From Chrysomallon squamiferum (lineage: Eukaryota > Animalia > Mollusca): DNA of 64,000 bases. The stretch lies in assembly GCA_012295275.1 (NCBI GenBank), contig CM022667.1, positions 17,484,001 to 17,548,000 of the forward strand. Reading direction: 5' to 3'. Below the pieces are notes generated by a model, which worked only from the letters and a program-made list of their open reading frames with translations, ran no database searches and was not told the DNA's origin. Made by a program: the position numbers and the translations under genes. Positions 1 to 64,000 of the stretch are shown here, in pieces; within the stretch, counting starts at the first letter, position 1; each line of letters starts with the position of its first letter.

Positions 1-208
1 AATCAAACAAATTAACTGCAGGTTGAGGATTCCTTATCTGAATTTCAAAATCCAAAAAGAATTTTGGATATGTGATCCTTAACAAATATTATAATACATT
101 TTTTTTTAAAATCATAGATTGAGAGAGTTATAAAATGCAATATTCTTCATTTCCTTTTTTTTTTTTTTAAAAGTTTTAAAAAAACAACCTAATAATAATA
201 ATTATAAT

Positions 209-256
<48 letters not shown>

Positions 257-912
257 GTCAAAAACATGAAAAGATGAACAATAATCCTCCTTAGGATATT
301 CTCTGTATTATTACTTTTCTACCTTGATTATAATACAATATTGCCAAATATCTCAGAATGCTAAACCTTTTTACAACAAAAGATGGCTCCTCCTTCAAGA
401 CAAAATTTAATATACAGGTCATTGTGTAGTCTTAGTGCAATTTTAAATTTGTATAATTTCTGATCTATGGATGACAGAAATGACCTGTGAAAAACATGAG
501 AAAAAGAATGTTTTGGTTTTTAAATATATAGAGATTCTTTATTTTAAAAATGACCATTGTTTTTATGGTATAACTGAAAATTGGCTTAAAAAAATGACTT
601 CGTAATTGTACTTCATTTGTTTCTATTTTTTGAGTAGATTCTATTTTATTTATTTATTTATTTTTCCTGTTTACAAAATCTATTTAGAAATTAAAATATT
701 TACTTATTTATACCGAATTTAAGATGAGACTGATTTCTATATTAATATATTTTTAATTTTTGTAATCACTGGATAAACCAAAAGCAACACTAGTTAAGCT
801 AATTGATTCTACAAGCAGTCATATTTCAGACCAGTTTTCAACTATAGCAAGATCCTTGCTTCCACAAACCAAATGGTTAAAAATCTTCCTATTTTTACGT
901 TTCTGGTAATTG

Positions 913-955
<43 letters not shown>

Positions 956-1797
956 CAGGTTTGTTAAAAATATTTTCACCAATTTCAACCTATGTAACAG
1001 GTGTTTCTGTCATTCATTTATTTATTTATTTATTTATTTTAGTAGTGACTATTATTGTTTTATGTCATAGTGAAAAACTGAAATATCACATTATTATTTT
1101 TATTATTTTTCAATTACAATTGTAATTTTTTAATTATTTTATTTTATTTTATTTTTATTTTTATTTTCCTTGTTATTTTACGTATTGTCAAATGAAATGT
1201 TTAAACATTTTTTTTAATATCTTTACCAACAGGAGATTTATAAAAAAAAAATACAGTTAAACAGCATGCTGAATATAGTGACTGGACACCAACTGTTCCA
1301 AGTAAACATTTAGTTACTTTAAGAATATTTTTGTTGATGCAGATTTTTGTTGTTAGTAATTTTCTTTTTTCTTTTGTACAATATATATATATTTCTACTG
1401 TGATTTCAGGCTGAATATTATTTTTGTGTCCAATTTTAAAGATTAATAAAATTAAAATCTAGGTTTTACATGAACTTCCACTATTTATTATATTTTACTC
1501 TCAAAATTGTCTTGAAACTGACAAAATGGATTTAGACATTACAGTAAGAATTCACAACAAAAAAACACAAATACAAAAAAGTGCGCTTTACCATCTTCTG
1601 GGATTGTGTCACACAGCTAAAAACCTTATGATTCAAGGCAGCTGCAGGAAATAAGAATGGAAAACATTCACACAAATTGATGGCTTTGGTTTATAATATT
1701 TTACCTGGGTAACAAAACAGATTCATACAGAAAAAAATGTATATAAAATGGTGGAAGTTCTGTATGAAAGATGATTTAAATTTTTTTTAAAAGTGTT

Positions 1798-1842
<45 letters not shown>

Positions 1843-1948
1843 TATATTGTCGTATAACCTTAGGATCTTGGCAAAAAAATGATCAACTTGAATCAAAAAG
1901 TAACCTTTTTAAATTTCCTTATTTATTCCATTTATTTTATATTTTATA

Positions 1949-2000
<52 letters not shown>

Positions 2001-2590
2001 TATTATTATTATTTCTTTCTGTGTTTGTGTGTCAAATTTCATGCAATTAACAAAACAAAACATATTCCAGAATTACCTTTCTTTCTTAAAAAACATACAT
2101 GATTAATTAACTATACCAACTAGAAATATAGTGGAACGTACTATAAGAATAGTTTTTCTTTCTGATATAAAACAAAAAAAAATTAGGTCTTCATAAATGG
2201 AATATGTCAGCTTATAATAAAATATAAATGGTTACAATAAAAATATTACTTTGTACATTTCCTTCTACAGTCCTGATCTCTCAAATGAATGTTGAGTACT
2301 TTATATGTTAAGTTTATTGTCACTTCAAAAGAGACTTCTGTATAATTACAATTTTTGATAGCATCAGTGAGATGTGATTTGTCTCAAGATAGTTGCCATA
2401 CCATTTACTTCAGTTCATATAGACAATAATTATTACAGTATAGACTTGATTTTCATATACAAAAATTACTTTATCAAAACTATTACATTTTTAACCAAAA
2501 TAAAAAATAATTTAAAATTTCTTTTTTTCAATATTCTTATATTTGTGTTCATTATTAAAAGAATTTATTAATTTTGGTAAAAAGTATTGT

Positions 2591-2652
<62 letters not shown>

Positions 2653-2876
2653 TCATTACATAATATATATATATATATATATATATTACAATTAAAAACA
2701 AAAATCAGATTTATTTTGCAATAACATCCACAGGAGTTCACATTTGTGACTTCCATGTCAGAAGTTTAATTTTTATTTTGTAACAGTTTGATTGTACACA
2801 TACATTCATGCTGCTGTTATCAACAACATTGCTGCAACACTCCTTATGAGGTAAATTGGATTTATCACTGGGATAA

Positions 2877-57609
<54,733 letters not shown>

Positions 57610-57930
57610 ATTTGATTAAAGGTACGGTATAAGTATAAACAGTCTTTTATCCTGCGCTGTTCATATCACCCCGCTGCAGATACACCGGATGTTGTCTTCT
57701 GATGTATATCCTGAAATTGCTTTCTTTAATGATTTTTATGTTGGACTTTAGATAACTAATATAGAAATAGGCTTTCTTTTTTAATTCAGTTAAATATTAA
57801 AAGATTTTACGTTTTTGCAAGAGGAAGGTAACGTTATGTTTTCCACCTAAACAATCCACGTATTTAAATATGTTCATATAAATAGGAAATAACTTTCCGC
57901 TCTTCTATTTAAATCGTATTAAGCTCAGTC
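57610..57930. promoter_or_regulatory. Putative bidirectional promoter shared by DHX35 (-) and RNF14 (+)
   Basis: Divergent start codons lie 1.2 kb apart. There is a local cluster of CpGs in otherwise CpG-poor DNA and an ETS-like CCGGATGT at 57685-57692. A + strand donor (GAAG|GTAACG at 57828) and acceptor (ttttcag at 58743) suggest a non-coding first exon of RNF14. Confidence 0.55.
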
Positions 57931-58243
57931 TTAGAAAATACCCGACGAAGTAATTAATTTAATTTAATTTATTTATTTATTTTCTTCACAGATATAAGTA
58001 AACAATGCGTATTTCTTTGCAGTAATTTCATGAAAATATGATAAATTTTAATCATTTTGATAACTTATATATCATATATATTCATTATTGTAATGTAATA
58101 ATTGTAACTTTGTTACATTATGATTATATCTACATTTTTTTCTTCTTTTTTGTTGTTGTATTTTTTGTTTATATTTACCATTAAGTATATTTTTGGGACA
58201 TTTAGAAGGCAGATAATATGAGGGAGTAAACTGACTGCATGGG

Positions 58244-58282
<39 letters not shown>

Positions 58283-58804
58283 CACTTAATGCTGCTATAA
58301 CCTTAAAATATTAAATCAAGTATTACCTGCACTCTAAAAGCTGGTTAAACAACGAAGTGCACATTAATAAAATATAATATTTTTCTCTTTTACAACAAAG
58401 ATCATGTTTTGGCACCCCTTACCATCAACTCACAAAACTATGATATAAACAATCCTTCAAATTATTGTTTTTTATTATAATTATGACAATGGACTTTTCT
58501 TTTTTAAAAATGGGTTATATTTATAACTGTTTTTCACTATTTTATTAATATTATTTTTGTATTAAAATATATTCTGTTATATCATTATATTCCTAATAGT
58601 AAGTCCACGATACAGAAAGCAATTACAAAAGTTCTTTGGAGCTTATTTTGAAATAGGAAATAATTCAATGAATGCATCATGGTGCATTAATATATTACCA
58701 TACCTTGTTTTAATATTAAATGTAATATATTGTTCATTTTCAGACATTCAAATTTATTTACTACAGTGCATGTATGTGTATTTGTTGTTTAAGAGGACAA
58801 GAAG

Positions 58805-60109
58805 ATGAGTGACAAAGAGTCCCAGGAAGATGAATTAACTGCCTTAGCCAGCATTTATGACAGCAGTGTGTTCTGTGTTTCACAAGAGGAGCAGACACAC
58901 GGAGGCCAGTTCTCTGCCTGTTTATCTTTACCAGAACCATTTTATGTATCTTTTTCTCCAGTAGATACTTCTAAAGGTAATCTAATGAAATTGATGGATT
59001 TCTTTGTTTATAATTCTACTTAAATTGATAAATGCTTCCACCTATAATTATAATAAAACTATATCTATATCTATATATAATGTATGTATGTATATATGTA
59101 TGATCAATGTATCAATAAAGAGGCACCATTTTTGTTTTTCCCTGCTGAAAGAATTAACCTCAAAACAATTTTTTTTTATAACTGATTAAAATTACTAACT
59201 TACACACAGGCATAGGCATAAAGCATGACATACACTAATCAGATATACTTTTTAGGCCAGTCCATTTAGAAATAAAAATGTGTTTTATCTGACATTCAGG
59301 AATGATTCATTTATATTTTCAGACCTGAAACCTGATGGTAAAAATATTTGTAAAATCCGATTTTTACCTCCTGTCATTTTGAATTTTATAATTCCACCTG
59401 ACTACCCTTCAAAGCATTGTCCACAGTTTACACTGTCAAGTAAATGGCTTACAAAAGGACAGGTGAGATTTACGATGTATAATATTCATATATATATGTG
59501 TGTTCTTTCTTTTTTCTTTTACTTGGCATTAATCAGAATTTTAGCTTCCAGGGAACTTGATTTTAATCAAGTTTTTAATGAAGTCATCAAAGTTGTTTTG
59601 TTCCCAATAATTAATTAAAACATTATTGAATTACTCATATCCAAAAAAATAAACTTTATACTTTTGCACATTGACAGCTGTTGAGTAAAGTTCCTTTGCT
59701 TTGCTTATTCTAACTTGCAATGTCAATTCTAGTTTATAAATTAAGACACTAGAGATGCCTAATTAACATAATACTGACTTATTCTATGAAATACTGCATG
59801 ATTATGCAGTGAATGGCATTGTTAATTTGTCTGTTGACACGACATCATAACATAAAACAGAAATATATGTTTAAAGTTTTATTTAGATATTTTTCATTAG
59901 GAATTAAACCAGGTTGTGTAGCAGTAGAGTTTTATTGCCTTGGAGATCATAAAGATATTTTTGATCCCTAGGCCCATAAGGAGGCCAACCATAATAAATG
60001 TTGTCAATGCCATGGAAAAAATTCTCTTCTTATTTTATTTTAAATAAAAAAAATGTCCACCTCATTAATGCCCTGTTTTATATTTTCTGCATCCCATTAT
60101 ATTACACAA

Positions 60110-60143
<34 letters not shown>

Positions 60144-62709
60144 CTGTCTTGCCTCATCTCTCTTTCGTTCTCTCTTCTCTCCTTTTCTGACCCTGTTTTC
60201 CTTTTTTGTTTCCTCTTTTACAGCTTACAAAATTATGTCATCAACTGGATCAACTTTGGAAAGAAAATGAAGGCAGTGTTATTCTTTTCCTATGGGCAGA
60301 TTTCTTGCAGAATGATACTTTTTCTTTCCTTAATTTATCTTCCCCACTAGATCTTTCAAATGTGATTTCAAATAAAGGCTATGAACAAAACCTGAAAAGT
60401 AAAGATCATGATGAACGTGCTATTCAGGACATCTCATCACAGTGCCTTCTTAAGCTGACAATCCTAGACTTCGATAAGCAGGAGGAGCAGCGTCAGTTTG
60501 AGAGGACAATGTATATGTGTAACGTCTGCTTCATGGAGAAGCTTGGTTCCCAGTGCATTCAGTTTCAGGCATGTGGCCATGTTTACTGTAAGAAGTGTAT
60601 GAGTGATTACTTCACTGTGCAGATACAGGATGGAAATGTCAGCAGTTTGACTTGTCCTGAACACAAGTGTGAATCTCAGGCACATCCGTCTCAGGTTAGT
60701 GTTGGTAAATTACTGGTTCTCTTGGCATCTTGTCGGTATTTCTGAGAGACAATAAAGATTAAAAACAAATTAATCATATAAACCATATTTATTTCCATAT
60801 TAAATAAGATTCAGGTACTAACTCAGTGAAATGATATTTGTTTTAATTAAAATAATCAAAGATTTCTTTTGTTGGCCACAGCTGAGGTTTAGTAAACAAT
60901 TAATTTCTATTCAAGAAATTATATCATTATTATTATATGTTTATTATGTAGATAATGATAATTATTATTATTATTATTATTACATTACTAATGCATGGGT
61001 TCCACCTCTCCAGCCAGAACCACTTTCCTAATTTCTGCTATAAAAGATATGTACTGTCTTGATGGTGCATAAGACAGTGCATCTCTTACTGCTTATCAGA
61101 AGGGACTGTTTCACTCGCCAGCTACATTTTTCAACAAATATCTATTAATGTTATGTAGAATAAAATAGGAATTAATTTGAATGTATTTTGTAGGTGAAAG
61201 ATTTAGTCAGTGTGAAACTGTTTGCACGGTATGATACCCTGCTGCTGAAGTCGAGTCTTGATCTCATGAAGGATGTCATGTATTGTCCTCGTCCAGTGTG
61301 TCAGGTCCCAGTTATCATTGACTATGAAAATGGCATGGCAACATGCAGCTCCTGTCACTATGTTTTCTGCATTCACTGCAAGCTTGTTTATCATGGTTTA
61401 TCAGCATGTAAAATAAAATCAGGTACATAAAACAAGATTTTTGAACATAAGACATTCAGTTGTGCCTCATATAAAAAAGTTGTTTTTATGGGGCTGTTAC
61501 TGTCAGATTATAATTAATCCATGTGAGATTTACTAACATGATGTGTAATATAAGTTTGATTTAATCTAGAACCATATTTTGGTAGTATAAACTAAATTTA
61601 TTAAGAAGATATTAATATGTGTACCTATCTATTTTGCGTAATTTATGCTTTTAAGTGTATGTAGAGTTTAAAGGAAATCTTAACCAGCCATCCACCTTCA
61701 CGCCCAGTGATGATCAAGTCCTTTCAGTTGCACAAGTATGATAGGTACATTAAAACTTAGTGGAGGTTTTATTTCTTTCAATACTGATACAGTAAAACTT
61801 ACCATATAAAAAAGGTTAAAAGATATGTTGTTGGAAAAAGAATAAAATAAAGAATGACTCTTTCTGCAGATGAATTAAGTGCCCTCCGAGAACAGTACTT
61901 GACAGCAGGACCAAATGAAAAAATATTTTTGGAAAAGCGTTATGGAAAGCGCACGTTACAACAAGCTGTGGAGGAAAGCTTCTCAAATGACTGGATTGCT
62001 CAGTTTTCCAAACAGTGTCCTTCTTGTGGAACTCACATACAGGTATTGTAATATTATACCTGCAGAATAATGATTAGTGTGTTTAATTTCTACTTTTATT
62101 TTACATAACTTAAGAATGTTGTTTGAGCAAAATACTTCATTGTCATTATGTTATTGTTTGGGTTAGTTTGTCATTGTTGTTAATAATAAAGATATAAGTT
62201 TATAACAATAAAATAATCCACCTGTTATGTCAAGACATATGATACACTTTGTCTTGTGCTGTTGACCAGACACTTGACAAGTGTTTGTGAATATTCTGCC
62301 ACTGACACAAAAAGTTGACTCAGATATCACAGGATGTGGGAAGGGTGTCTTGGATTTGCCAGCCATCTCTCTCTGTATTGATATTGTCATCACCTTCATA
62401 TTAATATTAGTAATGACTGCTTATTTTTATTTGTATTTTTATAAAACTAAGTTTTTCTGTATTAAATAAAATTTATGTTGGTTTTTATCTTTATATTTTC
62501 TACAGAAGATTGATGGATGTAACAAGATGACTTGTACCAAATGTAGAAATTATTTCTGCTGGATTTGTGAGAAGTCACTGTCCAGGACAAATCCTTACAA
62601 TCATTTCAGTGATGCAAGAAATGAGTGTTTTAACAGACTGTTTGAAGGAATAGATCAGAATGAATTTGATGATTTGGAAGAAGACGATGTAGACATTTTA
62701 TTAGATTAA
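58805..62709 (+). CDS. RNF14: E3 ubiquitin-protein ligase RNF14 (RWD + RING1-IBR-RING2), 6 coding exons, 462 aa
   Basis: Exons 58805-58976, 59323-59462, 60224-60694, 61194-61422, 61870-62042, 62506-62709 (1389 nt, phases consistent). RWD domain (QEDELTALASIY, LPP..L.F..P.DYPS..PQF), RING1 (CNVC..CGHVYCKKC..CPEHKC), IBR (YCPRPVC..CSSC..FCIHCKLVYHG) and RING2 with the catalytic-Cys motif KIDGCNKMTC. Confidence 0.95.
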
Positions 62710-64000
62710 AAAAATCACGGAGAAAATGTTTTTTGTGATAGTTTTGAAGGTGAATTTATCTTGGTTACAGTAAAATAAGGTATTTTTTGGTTACTGGGAT
62801 TTTTTTTAAATATATATTTTTAGTTATTATTATTATTCATTGTTTAATTTATTTTTCATTATATATTTTATTATTTATTTTATTATTATTTTATATATTT
62901 ATTATTATTTTATTATTATTTTATATATTTATATATATATATATATAAATATATGTATATATATATATATATATTAATCTTTTTTATTATATTACATATT
63001 TATTTATTTTTATTTTTTATTTTTTTGCATTAAAAATATAGTTTCTTTATAGATGTGTGTGTGTGAGTGTGTGTTATTACTTATATGAAATCATGAAAAG
63101 AAACCCTGAAAGTGAAACAGGTTGAAAAGGCATTATTTCAGAAAATAAATATTTCTTCAATTTGTTCCGTTTACTGAAAATGTTGTCTTCATTTTTAAAG
63201 CCCCATTTTTTGTTTTTTTAACAATTTCCAGCCTCTTCAAATTATTTGTTGTACTTAAGATTAAAAACTGTCAGTGTTTACCAAAATTGAGTTAATCCAA
63301 AATGTACGTTTTCCTTAATTTGTAGAAAACCATATTCTTTATTGTGTTTGATTTGATTTCTGGTTTTCCTTTTAAATAAGATTCATTATTAATATTTATT
63401 TATCATACATTTTGTTTAATATTGTCTTTATCACTCAATATATAATTATTTTCCTTAATTACATGTTTCTTTCTGAATTTATTTCAAGTATCTGAAATGA
63501 AGGTAAATAAATATTATTAAAATAATGATAAAACAAGAATAAAAGAAAAACAAATATGCACTTAAGTAACATTTCTGGCCTCCATTTAATTATAACAAAC
63601 TATAATTAAATATACAGTAAATGTTTTTAACATTTATTTATAATTTGTTACTGCATGTATACATATATGAAGTAAATACATAAAATAATTGTTTGATGCC
63701 ATATTTATTTTATACTACTGTAATATGATAAAATATTTGTATTTGCTATATCAGAATCTGTCATGACCACTTATTTCAGTATATTACAACACATCAATGT
63801 TACAGACTACAGTACTTTGTAGCCAAGTAACTAGCTACGTTTAAAAAAAATTGGTAACAGAAGGTGTTAACAAATGTAAAGGTGAATGTACGTAAATGAC
63901 AAGCAGTAGGTTAATCTGGCATACATTAATTAAAATGGTGTCAACAATAAGATGCCCTCCAAAATATGTTGCTAGGTACAATGTAAGCTTAACAAAAAGA

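Noticed and set aside
873-2756. Short ORFs with poly-TH, poly-CV, poly-I or poly-L tracts (similar ones at 9154, 10895, 23809-24877, 28740 and 37740)
   Set aside because: These are translations of (AC)n, (AG)n, (ATT)n and (TTTTG)n microsatellites, with no coding signal.

Overview
AT-rich, microsatellite-rich animal genomic DNA with GT-AG spliced genes, probably an invertebrate and plausibly a mollusc or other lophotrochozoan (inference). I reconstructed three protein-coding genes by hand. (1) The DEAH-box RNA helicase DHX35 on the minus strand has 25 coding exons spanning 57609 down to 2877 (about 699 aa). It has a 34.4-kb intron (7441-41851) and an apparent 1-bp deletion in exon 19. (2) A rhodopsin-class, peptide-receptor-like GPCR with an intronless CDS (30585-31925, +) is nested antisense inside that large DHX35 intron. 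(3) The RBR E3 ligase RNF14 (58805-62709, +, 6 coding exons, 462 aa) lies head-to-head with DHX35. The introns hold decayed DNA transposons (three pogo/Tigger fragments and a Sola1-like transposase), a hAT MITE with a perfect 8-bp TSD, a 1.45-kb element with shuffled long inverted repeats, a 151-bp palindrome, tandem repeats and many microsatellites. No prokaryotic features, CRISPR arrays, tRNA or rRNA were seen.
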